64,000 nucleotides of DNA from Octopus vulgaris (lineage: Eukaryota): assembly GCA_951406725.2 (NCBI GenBank), contig OX597822.1, positions 71,858,001-71,922,000 of the forward strand, written 5' to 3'. Both the position numbers and the translations under genes were made by a program. The notes below the pieces were generated by a model. It saw nothing but the letters and a program-made list of their open reading frames with translations. It was not told the DNA's origin and ran no database searches. Numbering within the stretch: the first letter of the stretch is position 1; each line of letters opens with the position of its first letter. Shown in pieces: positions 51,956 through 64,000 of this stretch.

Positions 51956-54900
51956 TATAAAATAACAATATTAAGTAAACAAATAGCTCATTACATGCAG
52001 AGAGTCTAATATTTATCTTTATACTGTTGAAATTTTCTTCGAAGTTTCGCCTCCGGTGGCTTGCATAAACTATAAAGAAAAAGTAGTATTAGGTCAACGG
52101 TCCCCAACCTTTTGTGCTCTACGGGCCAGTTTCATGCACGAGCTTTTTCCTACGGACCGGAGAACAACGTGCATACAATACATAAAATCGTTTTTTTATA
52201 ACACACACACACACACACACACCCATAATATATATACATATAAGTGTGTCTGTGAATGTATATATATATAAATATATACATACATACATATCTATATCTA
52301 TATCTATATCTATCTATATATATATATATATATATATAGGTGTTTTCGTTCAATAGACACACACAACGCTAGGTGTGGGAATCGAAACCGCGATCCTCCG
52401 ACCGCGAGTCCGCTGCCCTAACCACTGGGCCATTGCGCCTCCACATTCAGTAATATAAGTATGTTTAAATGTCTAAAATGACTCTTTCCAAGCAGACGAA
52501 TTTCAAAATATACATGACGCATGCGTACGTATATGAATTAAACTTATGCGCGTGTATTTTCAGTAAATACATAAATACATATTTTGGCCTTTCTGTGAAA
52601 AATAGTTCACATGATTAAAGAATAAAATTTTTATTTTAACTCTGTGTGGCCAGAAAAGATATGAATCAGACTAGTTTCAGTATTAATCCTTCGTTAGATT
52701 GGCGACTGGTTTCTCGTTTCCTGTAGCCAGTATACGCTGGTTTGAATAGACTAAAGTGGTCTGTTTAATTTCTATACCAGTGCAATGTGAATTAATTACT
52801 TAATTGCGGTATTACGCAGTGATAAAAGAAGTATAAATGTATGTTGTTGTTGTTGCTTTTACACGTCTGTGTGGAACTTTGATAGTTAGAGATGTCATCT
52901 ACGTTTTTCTTTAAAATTCTCATCGGTACAAACTTGTCCCCGTAGAGACGAACTTCGTTTTCCAGCCACGTGCTTCTAGGTTCGATTCTACTGCGTAGTA
53001 TCTAAGGCAAATGTATTCTAGTGTGGTTTCGGGTTGATAATGCTTTGGCAGAAAAATTTTAGTCGATGGAAACTGTACAGAAGACCGTGGTATATATGTT
53101 TGTCTTTGTGTGTGTTCGAGGCGTTTTTTTATTTTTTTATGGGTTTAAACTGATGTTTCAAATTGCGTCCCTTTAAATCAAAAACGGTACACTACCCTTT
53201 CGATAGACAGATCGATGAAATGTGTGGCAAACTGAAATAATTATGTACATGAAATGAATGACTAAAATATTTGGTGGCAGTGCTCCAGCACGACTACAAC
53301 TAATGGAACTTTAAAGAAAAAAATTATTAGAATCCGAGGTTTCTAGGGAAGGTCTATTCGACAATGAATAGTTAATAAAATTTTATTCTGCCCAAGGCAG
53401 ACAAATTTATCTTATTTTCTAAATTTTACATTAACTATATCTTAAGTTGTTTATATATTCACAACGACGTATAATCTAATTCTATTTATTATGGGCTGGA
53501 GATGTTTTTAATAAAGTCACTACTACATTCTAAATAAGGATATTTCAGGCTATAAACATGATATAAATATTGTTTGTTTATTTGTTTGTTTTTGTCTTAT
53601 TGTTATTTATATATTATTTCTACTTTTTACTTTTTGAACTGAAAATAATGATATTCATGAAGTTGCGGATAATAGTTTTAGTGTTAGTATAATAATAGTT
53701 ATATAAGGCGGCCGATTGACAGAGTCGTTTGAGTGACGGATAGAATGTGTTGTAATATCTTTTCCGGTTCTCTACACACCGAGTTCAAATCCCTTCTAGG
53801 TCAACCTGGTTATTCATCCAGATGTGGATTGATAAATAAACTACCACGCCTCTGCTAGTACAACCGCCCCTCCACCCAGCTTTCAAGTCCTGGATGTTCC
53901 ACAGGGTCAAGATAGGAGGGCCGAGAGTGTATTTGTGTCTGCTCGTGATCTCACAGGCACCTAAAATTGTTTGCAAACCATGGTATATGAAAAAATAATA
54001 ATAGAGTTCGTATTATGTAGAGTACAGCAGCACCGTATTTCAAATAGGAGCAGTGGAGTCATGAAGTTTACTCTCCAGTATGACGACTGATTCAGTAACC
54101 TTTCATAGCATTGGGTCTTTTGAACATGATTATATATGCTAATATAGTACGTTCGCCTAGTGTGTGTTCATAGAATATAAATACAGGTTTACTGTTGAGG
54201 CAACTGCTTCAATTGTTTTTCAAACATTTCTTCTATTCTCCGAAATGTCTTTCATAGAAATGGCTCGGGGAGCTTTGCACGAGTGCAAGTTACATAAAAT
54301 AGAAGGCTTTTTCATTATATTTCATCTTCGCTCATCTTTCTTGATCCCTTTTTTCACGTTAAATGAAATAACAGGATTTTTTTTTCATCTTGCAGTCGAT
54401 ATGCGGGTTTCTCTCTTACAATGTTTTCAAAAAATTTTATTGTTTCCATGGCCTTCACAGATTCTATAAAACCGATGAGATCGATGCAGTTAAGGTTCAT
54501 TTTCAACAGTTGACGACTGCAGAAGAAATATGTGTAGAGACGAAATTCTAGAGGATCAACTTTCTAAAAAAGGGGTGGACACACTAGAAGTGAATGAGAG
54601 GAGATATTTATTACCGTGAAAACGGGATTGTTCTATTAGAAGAAACTATACCATAAGAGAAATTCCCGTATTGGCTTTTTGGTGCTAAATGCACTCTTGT
54701 TTATATCGCAATGAGAAGATAAATCGTCGCTACCTCCAGCGCTGATACCACTAGCTCACGTGATTTTGATGTTGTTTGATCTTGTTAACGATGGACACTC
54801 GGCCTCTACAAGCAGCAGCGATTAATTTCCCCACCAGCAATATATAGACTGACAGTGCCAGAATGGGATAATGAAAATTGAATGAGCGGAATGAGCGAAG

Positions 54901-56388
54901 GCGGTATGAGACCAAGAGACTCCAAGGAGATGAAGCCAACAGGTTCCAAGGAACTAAGAAAACTTGAGTAGCGGCAGGAAAGGCAGAGAATGAGCCAAGG
55001 TCTAAAGGATCTACCTGATGACACGTTTTTTGGTGGGAAAGGAGCTCACAACTGATGCTGGAATTAGTTTCCCGTTGGATTTTCCTTAATTTGTTAACTA
55101 CAAACATCTCACAAAATAACTTTTATCTTACTTCGTACTCAGTTATATATGATTATCTTGAACTACCCTTTTCTAATATTTTGTACTGTTAGAAGACATT
55201 GTCCATCTGCAGCATTCCTCAATATGTTTTTGAACTGTTTCTTTCCTGACTTATACACCTTCACTCTTTCAGCTTGCGTGTATCCCAGGAGTTGCATTAG
55301 GAAGTTAATGAGATATTTTCTAACGACAGAAAATATGATCTGAAAGGAAAAGTCTGGCCAGCTTAAAGTTAGACTAAGTTTTATAGATTTTATTTTAACC
55401 AGAAATACGTATAGTTAAGATGAAGGGTCTAACACAATTTAGCGAAAAAAATTATTTAATTAACTAAAATTCCATCTGTTGTATGGAGAAAAATTATTAG
55501 CCTTGCTTATTCGTTCTGGACAAAAAAGAGAAAGAGCTATCTCCGTATAAGTTAGACTCAGTTAATAATTATGAATATTAGGAAATAATGACGGAAAAGT
55601 GAATCACAGCAGTGAATGTGTGTCTTTAATGTCTACCAATGTCTCTACCATGATGCAATTGTTTTAGTTCCAGCACATTGTCTCTGATAAAAATCAGTTG
55701 TGTTACAAATACAACGTAAGAAAGGTATCCGTTGAAATTCATAGTAGCAGATTCATCACGAGTAATTACATTGCGATTAATACATCGACTGTAATTTCGT
55801 CGACTGGTAAATTGATCGCTGGGTAATTTCGTCGCTGAGTGCATTGATCGCAAAGTAAGATAAATAGCAGTTATTTTTGCTAAAGTAAAAGAAAAACAAA
55901 GACGCATTATCTACCTACCTTGCAATGGACTAAAAAATGCACACACACACATACATACGATATAGGAAATCGATTATAAATGCAATTAATTTCATTAAGA
56001 AAGATTCCAATAAAAAGGAAGAAAATAAAAACAGAAATACAAGTAGAAAGATGAGTCGAGGAAGAAAGAAGAAATACTCTAAAAAGACAAATTATTAATG
56101 AATTTTTTTTCTATTTCGTTCACTCATAAAATACAGGAGAGCCATTTTTATTGGTTTAATTTTCCTTAACTTTTAAATTATCAGTCAAACTTTGTAGGTT
56201 AGAACAATTGAAATCGCTATAGCAACCGATTTTAACTGAATAATTTCTAAAAGGGGGTATTCGGTTTAAAAAAAAAAAAAAAAAAACTATTTATAAAAGT
56301 GATATATAGATAATATAGATAATGTATACATACATACAGACTATGTAATCACCATTACTTAGTAAATTCTTTGTTGTGACCAGGAAGA

Positions 56389-56421
<33 letters not shown>

Positions 56422-56997
56422 ATCATTTTAACTACTACTACTACCATTACTACAACTACTGTGACAACTAGTAGTAGTAGTAGTAGTTATAGTATCTCAT
56501 TTTTGCTTCGACGATGTATGTATGGGTGTATGCCTAAGCTTCAAATAGAAAGATTGGGAGTGGGGTTATAGAATCAAAATATGGGATGAAGGTAGAAGTG
56601 GTCTGAGGGTCGAAATTTTAATTCAATTCTTGTATAAAATTACAACTATTACCCTCTCTTGAAATGAGCAATTATTGTAAATAAAATAGATTCAAATCAC
56701 CGTGGTTTCTTACACAGGGTACTTCGTAATTGAATATACATTTTTCTGAATTGCATTATTTTTCGGGGGGGGGTGATTTTTTTGTTGTTTTTTTTTTTTT
56801 GTCACTACAACGTATTTGCTGTATCGGCGTATTGCTGTTTTATAAATTCTGTTCTGTCAAATAACAGTCAGTTTGTGATGATAGAAGAAGATAAGATAGT
56901 AAAAGCAGACAGCAATAAAGACAGAATGAGACGTGAGATTGTGAGAGAATAAGAATTGTAAGTATCACGCAACCGAAAGAGTAGACGGCATAAATAT

Positions 56998-57186
56998 TCT
57001 TTTCTACTCTAGGCGCAGGGTCCGAAATTTTTTTGTGGGAGCGGGCCAGTCGATTAGACCGACCCCTGTACGCAACTGGTACTTAATTTACATTATTTAC
57101 ATTCGACGGATATTTGTCCTCATCTTGTTTGTTGTTAACACGTTTCAATGATATATCCTCCAGCCTTCTTCAGGTGTCTTGGTGAA

Positions 57187-57219
<33 letters not shown>

Positions 57220-57815
57220 AATAATGTTCAGGTCACTTCTTAGAATCAAACTCGGAATCTTGGAGTTAGTAGCTCGCGCTCTTAACCACTACGTCATATG
57301 CCCGTGGGCATAATGGTACTTAATCTATCGACCCCAAAAGGATGGAAGGCAAAGTCGACCTCGGCGGAATTTGAACTCAGAACGTAGCGGCAGACGAAAT
57401 ACCTATTTCTTTACTACCCACAAGGGGCTAAACAGAGGAGACAAACAAGAACAGACAGACGGATTAAGTCGATTATATCGACCCCAGTGCGTAACTGGTA
57501 CTTAATTTATCGACCCCGAAAGGATGAAAGGCAAAGTCGACCTCGGTGGAATTTGAACTCAGAACGTAACGGCAGACGAAATACGGCTACGCATTTCGCC
57601 CGGCGTGCTAACGTTTCTGCCAGCTCGCCGCTTTATACCAAATGTATTCATTTCTATTCTAGGCACAAGGCCCGAAATTTGGGGGGAGGGGGCAAGTCGA
57701 TTAGATCGATCCCAGTACGCAACTGGTATCTAATTTATCGACGCCGAAACGATAAAAAACAAAGTCGACCTCGGCGGAATTTAAACTCAGAACGTTTAAA
57801 GACAGACGAAGACGG
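56998..57815 (-). mobile_element. Cluster and tandem array of SINE A units, with the hammerhead SINE nested in one unit
   Basis: Repeated gaaaggatgaaaggcaaagtcgacctcggcggaatttgaactcagaacgt; the same tail-to-body junction at ~57402 as at 11198. Confidence 0.85.
57091..57313 (-). mobile_element. tRNA-headed hammerhead SINE (copy 2, degenerate)
   Basis: Colinear with 27034-27308; 14-bp TSD tggtacttaat(t/c)ta at 57077-57090 and 57314-57327, inside a SINE A. Confidence 0.78.
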
Positions 57816-59149
57816 CATAAATATTGTTGGTGCTTTACATTCTTTTATGCTTTTACTTGTTTCAGTCATTTGACTGAAGCCATGCTGGAGCACTGCCTTT
57901 AGTCGAACAAATCGACCCCAGGACTTAGTCTTTGTAAGCCAAATATTTATTCTATTTTTGCCGAACCACTAAGTTACGGGAATGTAAACACACCAGCATT
58001 GGTTGTCAAACGATGGTATATGTATATATTATTTATATACGATGGGCGTCTTTCAGTTTCCGTCTACCAAATTCACTCACAAGGCTTTGGTCGGTCCGAG
58101 GCTACAGTACAAGACACTTGCCCAGGTTGCCACGAATGGGACTGAACCCAGAACCATTTTTTCAAATAATTTGCCTTCACAAATCTATAATACTGCACAA
58201 GATAACTCACAAAGATTACCAGAGTAGATATTCTAAACTTCTTTTTTGTACCAACGAATTACAGTATAATTTTTTATTAAAATTCTAAATCGCTTATTTA
58301 CTGTACCCAAAGACCGTATGAAGGCGCGTGACCTAGTGGTTAATGTATTCCATCCATATCGTGCGATCGTGATTTCGATACCCGGATCGGGCGGCGGGTT
58401 GTGTTCTTAAGTAAAATACTTCATTTCCCGAAAGGTAATGTTTATCTGCCACTTAAAATGGATGTTGTACTAGGACATAGAAAACTGCCATGTGGGGATG
58501 AGATGAGCCGGAAGGAAAGGGTTGTGACGTCAACGGTCAAGAAGCTTGACCGGAACAGGAAGGGTGGGAGATGAAGTCTGAGTCAAGCCCCCGTAAGCAC
58601 GCTGCACATCTCAGTGGAGCAGAGGAACAACGACGGCTGTTAACTCCAAAAATAACGTTTCTGTGGATGAAATGCCAGGTCACGCCTTGTATGTTTCGCG
58701 GGATTGCCGCCTCGTCGGACGACGAAGGTGGAGGAGAGAAAAAGAACGAGACTACCTCCCTGCGGAGATCACAGTGTGAGCCATCCAGCCGGGTGGATGG
58801 CAGATTTTGACTTGGGGTAAGGAGAGAAGGTGATCTTTGAGATCAGGGGGACGTCTGGGGATGAGATGAACCGAAAAGAAAGGGCTGTGACGTCAACGGA
58901 CAAGGGGCTTGACCGGAACAGGAAGGGTGATAGAAGAAGCGAGAGAAGTACAGCTGGACGGCAAAACGACGAGAAGATAGCCGAATTGTTTCTTATTTCC
59001 CAGCATAACAGTTCCCATTACAGAATGCACTGGGGTCGGTCTAATCGACTGGCCCCCTCCCAAAAAATTTCGGGCCTTGTGCCTAGAGTAGAAAAAGAAT
59101 ATGGTCAGCTCAATCTCTTATACCCAATGGAAGCTAGATTTAGCTCCGG

Positions 59150-59465
59150 TGTTATATGTTCTAGGGATCCTGAAGAAAAAAAAAGAAACCCTGGCATTAA
59201 CTGTAGAACTAGAAATGTAGTCTACAGCATAAGGTGCATAGAAGGTGCTTGTGAAGACAAGAACATGATATACATAGGTGAGACATCTAGAAGCATTTCG
59301 GAGAGACTAAATCAACATTTGAGTCAATATCACAACAAAAATCAGTCCTCTATACTCTACCAACATGCTAAAGACCAACACGGAGGCTCACTAGGTCATT
59401 TTGACATTAAAGCACTCGAAGAACCCAACACTCAGACAAGTACAAGAATACGTCCTCCTAAGTGA
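59150..59465 (+). pseudogene. Penelope-like element GIY-YIG endonuclease fragment
   Basis: NCRTRNVVYSIRC...C...IYIGETSRSISERLNQH...LYQH: the VVY-YIGET-R-H signature with the Cys/His residues typical of Penelope endonucleases. Confidence 0.85.
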
Positions 59466-60509
59466 AATATCCCCAGTACTAAATAAGAAATATACGTAGA
59501 AGGTATTCATACCTCCAATACCCACAGTTTATATATACACAGGTAGAGTTGTTAGTAGGTTGTTATGTAGACGTATATATATGTATATATGTGTATGTGT
59601 ATATGTATATATATATTTGTGCATATGTATGTATCTATGTATATATATATGTGTGTGTGTGTGTAGGTAAACGGATATGTAAGTAAACAGATATATAGGT
59701 ACATAGGTAATACGGACAGACAAACACACACATACATACACAAATGAACACTGAAACACATAACTATATACACACACGTACACTTCCCCCACACACACAA
59801 GGACACATATGGAGACACACATCCATACATAACAGGCGCACGTTCATAGTCACACAAAGACATACACATAGACACACTCAGACATGCACACACAAGGAGA
59901 CATAGATACAGACACAAATACACACACACACACACAACACACACATACAAACACACGTACATACATGCACACATACATAAATACATATGTGTATACACAT
60001 ACACACACATGCGCACAAGCAAACAAACAAACAGATAAAAAGAACGCAGCTCGGATAACAGACAGAGTCAACGACTATTGAAAAGGTTGCAAGACGCAAC
60101 GAAAATTTTAGGAAAAATAATTAAGTAAATGAGTAGAAAATTTACCTGTGCGTGTGTTAAATGATTAGGCACTGAAAGAGAATGACTTTCTCCAGACACA
60201 ATAAAATATGCTTCACAAAATAAAACGAAGAAAACTTAAAAAGAGAAACAATAATTCGAGGCTTTAATTTGCAGAGTGAAAACCAAAATCAAGTGAGAAT
60301 TTTGTAATTGATTCCTTCACACCCCATTATCAGAATATTAATTAAACAATATTATTTTATTGATTATATAATTATTGCAAATATACAAATGAGAATTTTA
60401 AGTTAGTAAATCTTATTTTCTAAATTAGATTAATATTATTAAATTGAATAAGTGATATGAAATTTGAGAGAAACAATATCATAATTATTATTCGTGCTTT
60501 ACATTATTT

Positions 60510-61198
60510 CGGAATGAGACAAATTGCCCCAGCCACTTGGGCGCAGACAATTTGCCGCAGCCACTTGGGCGCAGACAATTTGCTGCACTTGTTTGGAAGT
60601 GGACGATTTAGCCCAGATAGCTGAATATTTGGCCTGTTTTGATGACAGTACTTTATGGCGTTGCACGCAGCACAAACAAACACACTCACGCACGCATATG
60701 CGTACAGATGTATACACATGCGAAGGGAATGAGTGAGAGAGATAGCAAGAGAGAGGGGGGAGAGAAAGAGGGTGAGAGAGGTAGTGAGAGACATTGCAAT
60801 TTATTAATTGAACACGATTAGCATAAACTGTTTCTCCTCTCCCCGTATAGATAAAGAAAAATATGCTCACACACATAAACAAAGGGAAGCGAAAGAGAAA
60901 AAGGGAAGGAGGGAGGGAGGTAGGCAGAGAACAAGAGAACCATTAAGACGTTTGGTGTCAGATAAGTCAGTGTCGAATCAGTGATGCCAAACAGGTGGTG
61001 CCAAAACGGCAGCGCCAAAACGGCAGCGCCAAAACGGCAGCGCCAAAACGGCAGCGCCAAAACGGCAGCGCCAAAACGGCAGCACCCAAACGGTAGCGCC
61101 AAAACGGCAGCGCCAAAACAGCAGCGCCAAAACGGCAGCGCCAGAATGGCAGCGCCAAAATGGAAACGCCAAAACGGCAACGCTAAGACATCTCATAT
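60510..61198 (-). mobile_element. Unclassified element with an expanded 14-bp tandem array (ccaaaacggcagcg)n at ~61001-61185
   Basis: About 13 tandem 14-mers; termini and internal segments match 34690-35467 in reverse complement. Confidence 0.65.
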
Positions 61199-62072
61199 CT
61201 AAATTATTTTATATAATTCCCACTGACAAAAGTATTTATAGCAATAAAACACTGTTCTATGATCGGTAATATTCTCCTAATAATACTTGTTGGTTGTTTA
61301 GTCGAGCTGAACATGTCACACTATTTAATCTTTTATGTTTTCTTGCTTCAGCCACTGAACGGCAGCCATGCTGGGGCAACACCTCAAAGAATTTAAGTCC
61401 GAAGAGTCGACTTCAGGACTTTTTTAATTCCTGCTACTTAGTCCTCCCCGAGAACTACGTTAAAGGTACACATGTCTGTGGAGTACTCGGCCACTTGCAC
61501 GTTAATTTCACGAGCAAGCTATTCCGTTGATCGTATCAGCTGGGACCCTCGTCGTCGTAACCGATCTGAGTGCTCCTTTATTAATTGGTAGACATCGCGT
61601 TCCGAGTTCAATCGCCGCCGGAGTCGACTTTGCCGTTCATCCTTTCGAGGTCGATAAATTGAGTACCAGTTACGCCCTGGGGTCGATGTATTCGACTGGT
61701 CCTCTCCCCAGAAATGTCAGGATTATTAATTGGTAGACAGACAGACCGTATTATTGATTTCATTTTACTTCTGTTTATTAAATATTTTCATTTCATTATT
61801 TTTACATAAACCCAATGAAAGGTAGAAAAAGAAAAAGAAAATAAGAAAAAAATAAAAGAGGAAAGTGAAATTATAATTATTGTACCTCTGTAGCATTACC
61901 TGATATTAACTATATTCCCTTCATTACTCGTTTTATGACGGATAATTCTCAAGGGTATTACTAATGTTTGGCGGTGTATTAACTCAAAATAATAGAAAAA
62001 AGTATGATAAATTTATTTGAAGTCCCAGTGGTAGATAAATTGCGCCTCCTTTGTGTTTAGAAAAGTTCGGCG

Positions 62073-62196
<124 letters not shown>

Positions 62197-62363
62197 TGTG
62201 GCGAATAATTGATTATATACGGCTGGTTGATCATATCACTGCACAGTCTAAATGAATTGGACATTGTAAATAAATATACGTTGATGATGTCACGTACCAA
62301 AACAAAAAATGACTACTTAAGCAGAATTTGAATATGATGCTAAACAAACACTCTTGTAATGTT

Positions 62364-62398
<35 letters not shown>

Positions 62399-62517
62399 TG
62401 GGTGTGGGTATGGATGTGGGTGTGTGTGTGTGTGTAGCTAGATAGATAGAGAGAGACAGACAGACAGAGACAGACAGATAAACATAAACACATAGTCTGA
62501 CAGACAGACAGACAGAT

Positions 62518-62622
<105 letters not shown>

Positions 62623-63215
62623 TATTGATTGATTGATAGATGGATAGAGAATGTGAATGTATGTACATATATGTGTGTGTGTGTGTGTAAATATATGTCT
62701 AGATATGTGTATGCATGTATGTAAATATGAATATCTATATGTAAATATCTGTGGGAGTCTATGCATTCATACACACATATTTACATATAGATATATACCA
62801 CATATACATACATACATATACGCATACATGCATACGATCATGCATATATACAAACGTACGTGCATACATACACCCATACATTGGTGGCATGAGTAAAGAT
62901 CTAGTGACAAAAAAGGCTTCAAGTATAGAAGATAGAGCTATTCGCCTTAAAAGATCCCATCTCCCTCAATGTTTCCGCTCTGCCAATGCTGGTACTAACA
63001 TTTAAGATATTTGATTCTTGAGTGTTTTATCGAAAGCCTATATAAATGCTCGAAATACGAGAGTAGAAAAACAGTCACCAACTGATGAAGGGTTGTTTTT
63101 TGTGTTGTTTGTCTTGTTTTCCACTTGTGTCCTTCGGTGTTTGATAAAATAGTTCATATTCCATGTACTCGTATTTTATAATTGTACACGTTTCATGACG
63201 TCCTGTGCCCACATA

Positions 63216-63273
<58 letters not shown>

Positions 63274-63473
63274 GCTAGCTACTGCACATTCTTTATTTTC
63301 TCTTCTTGTTTCTATCTGTGGAAGAACGTAGGCTCGAAACGTTAAATACTTTTTCACTTCTTGAGCGTTATACTAATACATCTGTTTGTTGTCTGCACCA
63401 CCTGTCTTCGTCTTTTGTTTTTTTTTTGTGAATTCTCCCTATATATGTACATATATATATTATTTATATTATA

Positions 63474-63525
<52 letters not shown>

Positions 63526-63597
63526 ACAGTTTGTCACTGGAGAAAGTATATAGTATTTTGTGTTTGGAATGAGTTCTCATCGTTAGCTGGTGATTAT

Positions 63598-63642
63598 CAC
63601 ACACTGATGACGGGTTACTACCCAGAAAACCGGATCTGTGTG
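63598..63642 (+). ncRNA. Degenerate minimal hammerhead motif (Penelope pLTR-type)
   Basis: cacaca-CTGATGA-c-gggt(tact)accc-a-GAAAAC-cg-GATC-tgtgtg: 6-bp stem I and 4-bp stem II, with extra bases in the core; between (TA)n tracts. Confidence 0.5.
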
Positions 63643-63689
63643 TATCACGTTAGGATAGGAACGATGATTTCCCTTCACAAATACTAATC

Positions 63690-63755
<66 letters not shown>

Positions 63756-64000
63756 AGACAACAATGAGACAACAAAACCAAGGCATCTCTGCGACAGCCA
63801 GTTTAAAAAGAGCTTAGTTTGTGTCACAAAATCACCCCCCACTTTAATTTTGCTCGGATTCTTTTCAAATTTGAGCTATGGATGGAGTTCGGAATTTTGA
63901 TTACACTCAACCAATTACTTTATCTCGTAAATTAAAGAATCTGATGCTATTTGGCTTAAATTTGGAAAATTTGTGTAATTTTAGCCATTCAATAGACAGC

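Noticed and set aside
52365-52445. tRNA-like sequence (also at 5095-5175 and 27235-27305)
   Set aside because: Has A and B boxes but no complete cloverleaf and continues into SINE bodies; these are SINE heads, not tRNA genes.
53990-55100. Possible old LINE or Penelope coding remnants or host exons (also 41760-42900)
   Set aside because: Complex sequence, but no diagnostic motif could be recognised with confidence; needs TBLASTX.
58830-59465. 211-aa ORF as a single gene
   Set aside because: It is a chance fusion of a repeat, a SINE A tail (~59024-59100) and a Penelope GIY-YIG fragment.
61001-61185. Regular short repeats resembling a CRISPR array or repeat protein
   Set aside because: Contiguous 14-bp tandem units with no spacers, in a eukaryotic context with no cas genes.

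Overview
Eukaryotic, AT-rich, repeat-saturated non-coding DNA. The SINE families and dense (TA)/(CA)/(TACA)/(AAT) microsatellites look like octopus (coleoid cephalopod) sequence, which is an inference and not database-confirmed. No host protein-coding exon can be supported, and most ORFs in the track are translated microsatellites or SINEs. Recognisable content: decayed DNA transposons (pogo DD35D, maT/DD37D, Tc1, several hAT and mariner/pogo MITEs, Helitron remnants), LINE fragments (RTE, CR1-type), Penelope-type GIY-YIG and hammerhead-ribozyme motifs, and several tRNA-derived SINE families, often nested with readable TSDs. The most striking locus is 44055-47592. There an initiator tRNA-Met gene fused to a downstream SINE is bracketed by an exact 21-bp direct repeat, consistent with retroposition as one unit. 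It was then duplicated as a near-perfect palindrome around a microsatellite, and one arm was hit by a 2-kb, TSD-flanked, ORF1-only (zinc-knuckle, no RT) retroelement. A second highlight is a TSD-flanked tRNA-headed SINE carrying a hammerhead ribozyme motif (two copies).
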